Shown here: in pieces, positions 23,282-36,039 of the stretch
Numbering within the stretch: the first letter of the stretch is position 1
How the letters are laid out: each line of letters starts with the position of its first letter
Source: Rhina ancylostomus
Lineage: Eukaryota
Direction: 5' to 3'
Assembly (NCBI GenBank): GCA_030265395.1
Contig: JARFYF010000052.1
Location: forward strand, 76,237,936 to 76,301,935
Length of the DNA: 64,000 nt
Position numbers and translations under genes: made by a program
Notes under the pieces: generated by a model
Databases searched by the model: none
Seen by the model: the letters and a program-made list of their open reading frames with translations, nothing else
Told to the model about the DNA's origin: nothing

Positions 23282-26200
23282 GTAAGTATCATTAAAGAAA
23301 TAGACCCAAAGGATTTACATTTAAACCATGTACACAAAACCTTTTTTATTTGTTTCTTCTATCTTAAACAAGTGTTTTGCTCCATTCATACAAAACAATG
23401 TTACATCACCCTTCTGTTTTCCAAGAGTATTACCATTATGACTTTTTATAAGTTCCATATTAAAAGGGAATAGACAATTTTCATGCATCTCTTCAAACCA
23501 ATTAAGTTTAAAATATATATACTTTGCTAAATAATCCATGTTGTCAGTTATTTACAGGATTTAGTGGTTGTGGTTTATATTTGTTTCTGAAATAAGATTT
23601 AAATGTTGAGAGTGAAATAGCTCTATGGATGTTAATTTTCTATCACTTTGAGTTCCATAGAGATTTTATGCATTAATGTGTGTTGCAGTACAGTAGCTGA
23701 AAGTATCTTCCTAACAAAACAGTTTTGATTTGCTATGTGGTCATTTGTTCGTGTCTGTCAGCCTTTATCCAGACATCTGATTGTCCGCGGGATTTAGAAA
23801 GTATTTGGTACGTTTTGATTTTAACGCAGATTTGCAGAACACTTGTCATACTGAAAACCTTCATACTTATGAAAGCATTTATGGGAATACTTGTCATTAA
23901 GAAATTTGAAGAATCAGTCAAAAACTTCTTCAAACCAGCTAGACGTGATGTTGCCAAGTCATCAGAATTATGCCTGCTTAATAGCTGGCGTATCCAATTT
24001 TCATGCATCTGGATTCGATTATAAATTAAGTAATAAGTCTCAAGGTTATGTGCCTTATCTTCCTGTGTAATACTTTTAATGTTTGTGGGTTGAATATTAT
24101 TTGCTAAGGCTTCTTAAAACTTTTAATGTCTGATCTATTCCATCCTCTGGAAGATGCGCAATAGTTAATATTTACAGCATGTAAAAACTCTGGAACTTTG
24201 GTACAAGCGGATGCAAAGATTGTTGGGGTGGGCATGGATGTAGAATCTGCAAAAACAAGCCATAAGAAATATATGCAACTAGTAATTGATTAGACCCAAG
24301 TTTATTATTACAAAAGGAAATTTCTAGTGACAAGATAGACTGGTTTGAGATAGTTTTAATTTTGTTTAAAAAGGAATTCTGTGATGTGAATTTTTACTGA
24401 TAGATTTCTAACTGACAAGTTAAACTTAAATGCTATTATGTTTTGTTTGCTTTGTTATATAGGCATCATGTTCTGAAGCAGGGACAGATATACTGCCAGT
24501 AGATTTGATTGCAATGAACATTAAAAAAAACAATTTCTAACAGTTTACTGACCCAAATTGTACTGCATGTTCGAGAATTTGTTGAAAGAAACTCATATGA
24601 TAGATCATTGAACTACTTTGTACTCCACTATGTTGGTGGTTTATTTTGTGCACAAGGAATACTCAAAAATTGCTACTTATGGTTCTTCCACATTCACAGA
24701 ATTATTTTGGAACATCTTACTAGTGCAGCATCTGAAAACTTTTAAAGTGCCAGAAGTGTCAAATATCAGTGCTAATTTGTTTAGCCAGCTTGTTGATATT
24801 TCCATTGTGTTTTTAAAATACTACTGTTACAGGTTTCCTTCTTGTGAGGTATATTGAAATAAAAGATGCTAATACATATTATCCCATATGTTTTGTTTTC
24901 CTTTCAGGCTCATGGCTTGAATTTTAGTTGATCATTAAGCACTTTAACTTTGTTGTTCCTTTGTTAGCTCTTAAATGTTCTGTTCCAGGCACTCATATAT
25001 TGCAATTCACATACCTTTATAGATTGAGAATATATCAGAATCAAGACAGTGAAGGAATTTGCCCAAACTCAAGTGTGGGCGTAATCATTACATTCATAAT
25101 CACAGCAGGTCATTGAATGATGTAGATTGGAAAGATGAGAGGTAGATTTAGGTGTTCTAACAAAAGTAATTAAACTTGACAAGGCATGTTATGTTCCGAT
25201 ATTTTAGAGGGTAGAAAGGTTAATGCCTAAAGGGGCGAACCAGGAACAATTTTTTTTATCTTTAAGGGTTTGTATATTCACATCAAATGTGCTACTGTNN
25301 NNNNNNNNNNGAGATGGCATTTCCTTTTACATATAAGGGTTCTTCATGAGATCTTGATAAGAATTTCTAAAGGCAAAATCTGAGATTCTGACGGGGAGCT
25401 TTTTACAAAGAAGTTTGTAACTTTCTGTTTTGAAGAGGAAGTTATTTAATAGTCTCCGAAATCACTGGAGTTCTAATATATTGAACTTTTATCTTTTAGT
25501 TGTTTTACCCCTTCTGTTCTTTTGGTCTCCTTGTTCTCACTCACTTGCCTACTCTGATCTACATTCTTGGACAAATTCACTTTCCAGCTATGATTCACTC
25601 CAAAAACCCCAGGCTGGTTACTGTATTTTTCTGGTTCCCTCTTTACTCTGTTTTTCCCTCTACTGTAACCCCTCCTGCATTTCATTTTAATTTGTCTGTG
25701 GGGGAAAAAAACTTGTATTTTGCTCACAGTTAGACTTCTAGATACTCTCTATGTAATTGTATCATGTAAATTTTCAGATGTTAATCTCAGTTCGAGTGAA
25801 ATGCTGCAGTTGCTTTAGGTACAAGTTTGGGTAAGGTTATTAAAGGAAAGTAGTTTGTTTAAAAGTGATGCTCTGCAATCCTTGCCTATTAATCTGAGAT
25901 CTGAGATAATTCTTCCATAGTAAAGGATTGGGAACAATCAAATGGAGAATTCTTTCATAGTTCCGTAATGATACTTTAAGCTATATTCACTCTATTTCTG
26001 TGAATACAGGATACTTGCCATACTCTGGAGTATGTTGCACTCTTGGCTCCAACTGGAGGTGTTAGTTTATATTATACTTTTTAATGCTGTATTTGTACCC
26101 GTCCTTTAGTTACACCACATTTTCATTTTTTTTCACTAGTAATTAAAAATTGATTTATCAAATTTGCCCTCATTCATTATGTCTGCCATTAGCCAATTTC

Positions 26201-27522
26201 AGGAGGAAAATTTAGATACCGTTGCTTCTGCTGAGCATATACTTCAAGAATTTACTGTTTACTGGCTTTAGTTTTGATAGTTTTATAGCAGTTTCATAAG
26301 AAGGACAGTTGATCAGGATACTTTTGCATATGCATTTATGGTCTAAGAGGTACACATAAAATATACACAAAATGGAACAAATAAAGAACAGTGAGGCTCT
26401 GGCCCCAGCTTGCTGGCTGTCAAATCTGCAGTTTAAGATTTAGATTCAAACATTCACTCAAGACCCATCAAAATTAAATATATTGTTAAAAATGTTTTAA
26501 TTATTTTTAAAAATAATGAGTAAAATCACAAGCATTCACATTCAAAGCCCATTGATTTGAAAGAGCTCTCCATACTCTCATCAAGTTAACCTGGTGCAGG
26601 TTTAATGAGTACACGCTCAACCTTAAGAGATGGAAAATCTGTGGAAGTTCATGCTGCTCNNNNNNNNNNNNNNNNNNNNNNNNNNNNNNNNNNNNNNNNN
26701 NNNNNNNNNNNNNNNNNNNGATAAATAACAAAGTAGTGAGTGACTTTGTAAAAGTGTAAAACAGGTGAAACACAGTTGAGAATGAAAGTAAAAATATGGC
26801 TGCAACACTGAATAATAACCCCTCTGTTAATTCATGTAAGAGTTTTTAAATCCAGCCTAGCTGTGTAGGTCTAATTATCCCTCTTACTGTTTTAGATGCA
26901 TGTATCCTATATGAAATTAACTGTGCCAATTAATGCATGTCAGCAGCACACAGGATTATGGTTCATCATTCCAGAGCAAATATTCCAATTCCAAGCTCTC
27001 ACTAGGAAGCTGCATTTCAAAAGGAGTGGGCAAAGATTTGTTGCTTTCCATTCACAAATGCCTTCCTGTCTGGAGCTCTGGATTGATTTTTTTCTCTCTA
27101 TTTTGATTGTTAGTTTTACTTGGGGAATTACAACAGTTTCTGAGGTGGTAAAAAATTATTACAAAGGCATAGTGGTTCTGCATATCAGGCAATATTTATG
27201 GAAAGCTAATGTCAGAATTGGAAGATTCTCTAGAGCAGTTATTAAGCAAACACAGAGCCAAGGAAAACAAATGAATTGACACGGGAGGGGGGATGAGTTG
27301 TTGTAGTAGTAGTTAAAGGAAAATTTTTGTGGTAGAGTGCAAAGCAGAATTGATAGAAGAAAATAGAGTTTAAGCAAGTAGGTGATTCCATTGAGTCAAA
27401 ACAAGAGAGGTCCAAATAAGATGCAAATGGACACAGGCAGAATAGTAAAGGGGAGGGAAACATTGGAATGACTAGCAGAGCAGAGTCACTGTAACCCAGG
27501 AATATGGAGGGTGAAACGTTGA

Positions 27523-27625
27523 TCAAAGTTGAGTTTATTGTCATATGCACAAATGTATGCACAGGTGCAATGAAAAACTTACTTGCAGCAGCATCACAGG
27601 CACATAGCTTCAGATACACAACATT
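27523..27625 (-). mobile_element. Retroposon 3'-tail fragment running into a gap
   Basis: tcaaagttgagtttattgtcatatgcac...aaacttacttgcagcagcatcacagg, with an AATAAA-bearing tail on the minus strand. Confidence 0.5.
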
Positions 27626-28829
27626 NNNNNNNNNNNNNNNNNNNNNNNNNNNNNNNNNNNNNNNNNNNNNNNNNNNNNNNNNNNNNNNNNNNNNNNNNNN
27701 NNNNNNNNNNNNNNNNNNNNNNNNNNNNNNNNNNNNNNNNNNNNNNNNNNNNNNNNNNNNNNNNNNNNNNNNNNNNNNNNNNNNNNNNNNNNNNNNNNNN
27801 NNNNNNNNNNNNNNNNNNNNNNNNNNNNNNNNNNNNNNNNNNNNNNNNNNNNNNNNNNNNNNNNNNNNNNNNNNNNNNNNNNNNNNNNNNNNNNNNNNNN
27901 NNNNNNNNNNNNNNNNNNNNNNNNNNNNNNNNNNNNNNNNNNNNNNNNNNNNNNNNNNNNNNNNNNNNNNNNNNNNNNNNNNNNNNNNNNNNNNNNNNNN
28001 NNNNNNNNNNNNNNNNNNNNNNNNNNNNNNNNNNNNNNNNNNNNNNNNNNNNNNNNNNNNNNNNNNNNNNNNNNNNNNNNNNNNNNNNNNNNNNNNNNNN
28101 NNNNNNNNNNNNNNNNNNNNNNNNNNNNNNNNNNNNNNACTAGCCCACAACATTTCTATCCTCTGTGACTGGTACAAATATCTTCCATAACTGGCACCTA
28201 TGGTTGGAATGTGTTGGGGTGATTAGATCTGAATCTGTAAAACTCAGTGTCAAGATCAGAATGCTGTAGAAAGAACTCTTGTTCCTTGAATTTAAACTTC
28301 AGTGATGCAGTATATGAAGACAAGGACAGAGGGATTAGGGTGGGAGAAGTGCAGAGAATTAAAGTGGAGAATAACCAGCAGCTCATGGTAGTGTTGTGGA
28401 CTCATTATTGGTATTCAGCAATGTGATCACCAAATCTACATTTGAGGTGTCCACTACATTTTATGCAGAAAGTAATAGTAAATTGGTGCAAGATGCTTAA
28501 GTAACTATTTCTCTTGGACAATTTCAAAGTGTNNNNNNNNNNATATTTTGAATTGTTTGTTTGTTTATTTGTTCCTTGTTTAAATTTAAATTGAGGTTCA
28601 GAGGAGAGAGATTATGTAAAGATAAACCGTGTATTTTTTGTCTTGCCATCTTCCAGTCTTTTCCTGCTTCAGTTATGCCAGTTCTGTAATATTTCTGTTT
28701 GTATTAGTAATCCTCTTGGTTTTCACCAGGTGTGCTATTATAGTACCATATTCCAGTCATTACACAACTCTCGAGCCACCACCAAAATGCTCTTGTTAGT
28801 TCACCATTAATCAAGAATTAATAATCCTG

Positions 28830-29030
28830 ATCTTTGGAGAGGGCAGTGGATGCTCAATTCTTGAGTCTACTTTTAGAAAGATAAATATATTTTTAGGCTT
28901 TAAGAACATCAAGAGGTATAAGAAATGGGCAAGGAAAATGGAATCACAGTTGAAAATCAGAAATTATCTTACCGAATAGCATAGCAAGCTCAAGGGATCA
29001 GATGGCTTATTCCTACTTTTCCTTATGTGT
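28830..29030 (+). mobile_element. CR1 3'-tail remnant
   Basis: agagggcagtggatgctc...gcaagctcaagggatcagatggcttattcctact. Confidence 0.55.
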
Positions 29031-29544
29031 TTTTATTTGTCCTTAGGATTGTATAATTCCGTATAGCATCATGTGGTACATTTATAATAAGTAAAACCAA
29101 AAGTGCTAGAAACATTCAACAGGTCAGGAAATATATGAAAAGAGAAACAGTATTTTCAGGTCAAAAACCATTTTGTCAGGGAGGTACATTTACTTGGAGA
29201 ACCATGAAGGGAACTCCAAACATATGATTTGATTACATTGTATCTTCAATCAAATTTCCACAAAGTTTAACGTTAAATTACATCAGTTGCAAGAAAGCTC
29301 ATCCAAGTCAATTCAGAGCATTTTGATTCTCCCATTTAAAATATCAAAAGTTGTTTATAAGGAAGGAAAATGATTTTCTCTGTTTAACTTGTTGTTTCCC
29401 TATCCCTGTAGGAGGTGCAAAATCAATACAGGCATTGATAAATAATAATTTGTTAGTATTGTGATATTAACATTAATTATATTGAAAAGAAAAATCAGAA
29501 GTGCCAGCAATTGGGATTCTTTTCAACTTGATATTTGTGCGGCA

Positions 29545-29900
29545 TGGTGGAGTGACACAGTGTTGCAGCTTGTACAGCTACTGCCTCTCAGCACCAGAGA
29601 TCTGGGTTTAATCCTGACCTCTGATGCTGTCTGTGTGGAGTTTACATATTCTCCCTATAACTGTGTGAGTTTCCCCAGGTGGTCTGCGTCCTTCCACATT
29701 CCAAAGATGTGTGGGTTTGATGGTCATTGTAAATTGCCCCTTGTGTGTAGATGAGTGGTAGAATATGGTTGGGGGGGGTGGAATGATTGGAATGTGGGGT
29801 TAATAAAATGGGATTAATGTAGAGTCGATATAAATGGATGGTTGATGGTCAACTTCAATTCGGTAGGCCAAAGTGCCTGTTGGCATGCTGTAGCTCTCTC
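29545..29900 (+). mobile_element. HE1-like V-SINE, near full length
   Basis: tRNA-like head with B-box gggtttaatcc, V-domain gtctgtgtggagtttacatattctcc...ccacattccaaagat...tgtaaattgcccc, and a CR1/HER1-type tail. Confidence 0.85.
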
Positions 29901-30955
29901 TTGCTCTAATCATTACCTATTACAATTTTCTACTCAATAATCAGTAGATTGACAATGTAGTATTTGTATCATCAGCTAAGAATATTATTTTATAATTTGA
30001 AAAATTGAATTCAAATAAAACTTAACTATAAGTAGCTATGAATATTCTTTAAGAGAAATGCCTGTTAATATTGTTACATTTCCTTGAGTTAGAAGCATCC
30101 AAGTTTCTGTTAAATAATTGTAATGCACTCTTTCGTATTTACACGCTAATGTAACTAATTTAATTTGTATTGACACTTCTGGCACTTAAGGTATTTTTAA
30201 GCAACCTTGGAGAAAGTTGTACTTCTAGAACAATTGTATTAATATATGAACACTTGTGAACACATTGTGTGCCTTTATTATTTTAAAAAAGGTGCAAAAC
30301 AAATAATATTGTTTACTGCAATGGCATGTAGCCAAAACCAGAATTGCATCCTTATCTGTTTAACTTGGATGTGTTTAAAATTATTAGTTCTAAAATGTCA
30401 CATTTGGATTGTCATTGTGAATTGTTATTGTGCAGTGTTACTGTGGCTTGTGCTTTATGTTTTGTGCAATATTTTGGAAAAAAAAGTTCTTAGCATGTTG
30501 TGATTGCAATACCCTGCCTGGAAACAAAAGAGGGTTGACTCTTTTATTACTTGTTTAGCGGTAACGTCACGTTTCTACTAACACATTGCTTTAGGACTTA
30601 GTAAATTGAAAAGGACATTAATTGAAGCTCTAAAACTGTGAAAGTTGTATTTTTGTTTTGCAAGCAACTATCACGAGATAACAACTTCAAGAAACATTAA
30701 CACAAATATTGAACTGTAACATAAAGCTCTTGCCGAGACTGCTTTAGAAGTGCAATCAAATATTTGCACTGCCCACCAGAACTGTAACCTTTTGCAACTT
30801 TAAGCAATAACAGCCAGAACACAAAGACTTAAACAGTGAGAGAAGCAGTGATGTTACCCAAGCAAGCCTGTAATAAAGGAGTGGACCCTATCCTTCCATA
30901 GCTGTGTGCCAGTCTCATGCATCAGCTTACCATCGTTTCATTCCATCCATCCTAG

Positions 30956-32006
30956 GAGACTACAGAAAAACACTGAAGAGCACGTGAAACGAAGTGCTGA
31001 ATTTGCAGATGGTTTGCTTTCAAAGGCCTTGAAAGACATTCAGTCAGGGGCATTGGACATGAACAAAGCAGCCATACTTTATGGAATACCTCACCAGACT
31101 TTACTTTTTCATTTGGAAGCCTTATCAGGAGGAGCAGCACCATTGAAAAGTAAAACAAGAGACACGAGAGAAGGTTGTTTCTCGAAGACCTTTGGGGAAC
31201 CTAATGCACTTCTACAAAAAGTTGCATTGTGGGCTAGAGCTCAGGCAGAACGTAGTCCTGATCAATGCAGCACATACCGAAAACTCTCGCATCTAGAAAC
31301 CTCAGAGCTGAAATTCCCCACTGCTTCCAGTTACCTCCATCAGTTAACCCTGCAAAGAATGGTTACACAGCTAAAAGAAAAAGATGACAACCTTCATAAC
31401 GAAAGTGTTAGTAGCTCTGTTGTTCAGTTAAAAATCCCTCAGGTACGAGCAAGCTCTGTGCCCAAATCCCAGTCTGACAGCTGTGGCCTCCTCGATGTTA
31501 TGTACCAGGTATCAAAAACCTCCTCGCTGCTGGAAGGATCAGCTCTTCAAAAACTCAAAACTATCCTGCCCAAGCAGAGTAAAATTGAATGTTCTTTACC
31601 TTTGACTCATTCTAGTGTTGATTCCTACCTACTGCATGGAGACCTTTCTCCGCTATGTCTTAATGTAAAAAATGGCACAATTGATGTGCCATCTGAAAAC
31701 GATAGTCAGGATCATATTAGCCTAAAAGACAGTAAGCAACCGAGAAAAAAGCGTGGCCGCTATCGGCAATATGATCATGACATTTTGGAAGAAGCTATTA
31801 CAATGGTAATGAGTGGAAAAATGAGTGTCTCTAAAGCACAAGGGATTTATGGTGTACCTCACAGCACTTTAGAATACAAAGTAAAAGAACGATCTGGGAC
31901 ACTGAAGACACCTCCGAAGAAGAAGCTCAGATTAACAGACACTGGGTTGTTCAGTATGACAAATTCAGGGACAAGCAGCTCCAAAAGTAGCAACAAGTCT
32001 ACATAA
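30956..32006 (+). CDS. LCORL: LCORL terminal coding exon of the canonical isoform, with Pipsqueak-type helix-turn-helix DNA-binding domain(s)
   Basis: Acceptor ccatccatcctAG at 30954-30955, phase-compatible with donor 23281 (GG|G AGA). ORF 30906..32006 has [36 protein letters not shown] and [14 protein letters not shown]...[26 protein letters not shown], diagnostic of LCORL. Stop is TAA. Confidence 0.97.
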
Positions 32007-35000
32007 ATCCTCGTAAAGGGATGTAACTCAGATGGACTTCACCATACAGTAAATGCTATTTAACTAGTATTGTAAAACCACCCTTTGGCCTTCAGGCAAA
32101 GCATAGTTTCAAGCAGGGATCTGACTGTACTTCAAAAGGAACATACTTAAGTGCAGTCATATTTGCTAGTTCTCATCTTAATGCTCTTGTAGAATAATAC
32201 TAATTGATTGTGTTTAGAAAAGTTGTAGTAAGAAAATTGCCGCATTATAAGTGTTTTCAGTGATTCATTTGAAAAACACAAATAGTAGTCAAACACAGCA
32301 TTATTTTATAGGATTGGCTCACTGAGCCCAAGTCAGGAATAGAAACGAACTGACCAGTCTTACTACCTAAAATGGGTAAGAAAATTCAATTCTTAAGTAC
32401 AAAATCAACCTGCCAACTGAAAGGTACAGTAAATTCATAAACGTAAAGATAAATGTAAACATGTTTTAATCAGTGAAGATGTTGGAGCACATTGTGTGCT
32501 ATGTTTAAGTCCGGGCCATTGTGTATAAGTTATGCAGTTCAGCTGTATGTTTCAAATTGTGTAGTAATACAGATATTCATTTCACATTTTAAAGTGCAAA
32601 ATTAGAGAGTGCCAACAGTGGATTGGCTGGTTAAAACAATGTTTTATAAGAGCTGTAAGTAATCAGTCCTGTTGGCAAGATATCTATTTATTTATTTATT
32701 TATTTCATGAGGCTATCGTTTCCTCCTTTTGCCCCATGTAATTTCCCCAGTCCACTTAACCATGTGCTACTTTGCAGGCAACAGTCCACTCTCAAGTTTC
32801 GTGCCTTCCACTGGTTGACTTCACTGCAATCATGAGAAGACTTTTCTTTTCCCCCACTCTCTACCCTTCCCTCATTGGTCTTGCATGGAAACACAGTGGA
32901 TGAAATTGGCATTTTGGTAAAATGGGAGATTAGACGTTCTGTGTCCATGCTTAAAGCATTGATGCTTCAGAGTGCCCAATGTTAACAAATAACAAAAGTT
33001 TAAAATTTCCATTTTTAGTCAGCAGTTAGGTACCCACCATAATTAGTTGTAAGAGGAAACAGTATATAATGTGACATGCCTCACGTTCGAGAAGGAAAGC
33101 AATCCCTAAGTATATGCTCCAATTTTATGATGCTCCAATATATGAAAATTTGAAAAATTCTTAGTTTTATTGAGACGTGGATAAGCTATAGGTGTGAACA
33201 AAATGACTAACAGATTGATAGCACTGTACAGAGCATGATGCATAAGATGCACTGAAGAGAATAGTATGTTTTATTGCTCTTGTTAGTCTGTATTTAATGA
33301 AAAATGTAGGTATAGTATGTGATAACAAGATTGCATTTTTCACACTCCCAAGGTGGAATTTTGCTAACCGTAAACCTACCTGCTGCTAAGTTATGTGTGT
33401 TCTCGTTGGAGGCTTTGAAAATGCTTCAAGTTTTACAAATATACTCCAACCATTTCAATTCTTGCGTCCATACATCATTCTCAGTACAAAACCAACAGCT
33501 GCTTTTCTAGTTTTACAAAGCTAATCCATTCATTCAGTTTTTGTTGNNNNNNNNNNNNNNCATTGAAAGAGTACCAAATTCAGCTGTTGCATTTTGATAT
33601 AGATTTAATAGAAAACAGCTTTTTGAATTCAGGGTCTCTGTATGATTAGATAAGAAAAGCTTTGAACAGTTTTAAGTCTCTTGTGTTGCTAATGATCCAG
33701 TTTTCTAATTTGTGATTTTAGAATAGGGAAGATCTAACAAAAAAGGACTTTTGTGTGGATTTGGATTTAAAGTCATGCCTTTGTAATTCATATGGAAGTT
33801 TTTGAAACAGTTAAGAGATGCCATTCAAAATTATAAGGATTAGATGAAGTTACCTTTTCTCATTAAAATATCTCGGATATTATGAAAGATTGGGCTTACT
33901 TTGCTTCCGCAGTATAGACATGGCAGCATTCTGCTAACTTGCCATAAAAAGCAAAAGTGACATTGTTCAGTTTAATAACTTTTTAGGATTTGTCACAATT
34001 TAAGTGCAAGTATTACAAATGCCCTTTAAGATACAGTTCCAGCTTAGTACTAGGGATGTCACGATATTATGTTGTCTTGTAACATGGATGGTTATTGTTC
34101 CCCTTTTCCTTTAAATCATTTCATGCTATTTACATAATAAGTCTAATAGTAACTTGAATTAAATAACAGGAAATGTCACCCTTTTATGGTCAAACATTTC
34201 AATGGCATTTCAATTTTTATTTTTTAATCAAAAGATTAAAATAACCAAGAAATTAAAGCAGATTTAGGTTGAATGGAGAGAATGCATAATTTAAAATAAG
34301 GAAAATATTTAAAGTTTTAAAGATTACTGGCATTATTAATTGAAATAAGTTCTTGAAATTGAATAAAACAAATTTAGTGATATTACATTTTTCTTAACTT
34401 TACGAGAGCTTCTTAGCCTTTTGTAATGTGTATAAACACAATTTTTTGATTCTCTTTAGTGGTAGGAAAGTAGATTTTTGAAACACTACATGTTTGACTA
34501 CTGTGCCACTATCTGTTTTTAATTAGATTTCCCCATAATGTTAATATCGTGACAACCAATTTTAGTACTTAAGAATGTTTCTGAAAAATAATTTTGTATT
34601 GCAAAACAGTGCCTCTGTTTTTAGAACTACTGCTCAGTAATGTTCAAAACCATTTTCTGGTAGATAATGGGGAAATTTTATATTGTATATTATGTTTATT
34701 AAAACTAATTTTTAGTTTACAGTAAATACAGATTTATCACCTGTTTATTTTCAAATTGCAGTGCAGTATTTCCATTATCACAGTAATATAGCTAAACTCT
34801 GTGGCTGCCTTGATTTTAAAAATTGGTTAATGTAAAACTGATTTTAGATGATTAGTTATATTTATGCATAAATCAATTGCACTATATTCATGAATTATTT
34901 ATTACAATATTTTCTAATGAAAACAATGTTATCTGGACAATGTGTCTTGTGGTGTTATACATTTACTGTGATTCTGTTTTCCTATGATGTGTTGTTTAAT

Positions 35001-35125
35001 AATCCTCAATCTGTACAGATTTCAGCTGTTTTAATTGTGTTTATAGGTTGTAATTTGTAGTAAAGCACTTTGATGCTTTTGCACATAAAATTGAAAACCA
35101 GTAAAATGTGATTGTTGTCTTTTTT
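32007..35125 (+). other. LCORL: Probable long 3'UTR of the HTH isoform; candidate variant poly(A) signal AGTAAA at 35100-35105
   Basis: About 3 kb of AT-rich sequence with no recognisable retroelement directly after the stop. Contains an AUUUA cluster and miRNA seed matches. AGTAAA is followed by a GT/T-rich tract. The end coordinate is approximate. Confidence 0.55.
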
Positions 35126-36039
35126 ATGTACAGTAGATCATAAAGTTCTGTCTTCCATGTTCTTTATTCTTCATCCTAATAGAAGAGAAGAAAATTAATA
35201 GTTGAAACTATTTAACATGACTATTAATACTAAAGTTTCCTTTATCTTCTGTTGTCCAGTTATACTAACTAAAGCACTTTGACAACAATAGAATCTCCCT
35301 GCACTACAAGCATTATTGACTGAATGCACGCTTTTGCATGCATTAGTGAAGGAGTTTTTCATTTGCCTTTGAAGCATAATAATTAATAATTTTACAAAGA
35401 AGTTGTGGAATCATTCATATAGCTAAGAAAATCTACAAATGTTACTTCTTTAAACCCACTTGAGTCCATATTGTTTATAGTTGAATAGTCACAGTTGTAC
35501 ATTATTTATCATATCACATTTGAAGATTAAGAATTGAGATCATTTAAGGGATTTTTATTTTTCTGGAGATAACATAGCTTTGAAATGAAACTGATTGGTT
35601 TGTTCTTGTAGATAATTGGGGGTGGAGGGTGCTCAGTGGTCCAAATAACGTCCTTCCATGCTGTAACTATTCCATGATCTTAAGATGTATAATAGTAAAC
35701 TTGGGTGTAGAGGGTGCTGAAGCAGTGTCATAGTCTTATTTTGAAGTGTAATCAGTAGAAATGGGCCAGTGTTCATTTATGTGAACATCCATAATTTCTT
35801 GTTGTGTACATAGTATTTCACTGAAAAGTCAAAAGTATTTATATTTTATGTTGAAGATAAATAATGCTTATCTTACAGTCGTGTTGTATTGGAAACTGTT
35901 AATACTTTTCAAGATGGACTGTGGAAAAGCATGTACATATCAAATAGAGGTGCTGATCTGCACTCTTGATTATTAAATAAGTACTCAGAAGGTAGAAGAA
36001 AGAATGTATAAAACAGTTTATTGTTAAATATTGATATGT

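Noticed and set aside
23725-24024. Overlapping 99-aa (+) and 91-aa (-) ORFs as independent genes
   Set aside because: They have non-ATG or weak starts and no recognisable homology. The + ORF is out of phase with the LCORL donor at the candidate acceptors. The region is kept only as a candidate regulatory or poison exon.
21112-28190. Long ORFs of 186-311 aa in the ORF track
   Set aside because: They consist almost entirely of X from N gaps.
30906-32006. Assignment to the paralogue LCOR, or to a single-exon gene starting at GTG 30906
   Set aside because: [14 protein letters not shown] and [14 protein letters not shown] and the upstream exons match LCORL, not LCOR. Homology begins exactly at the AG acceptor 30954-30955.
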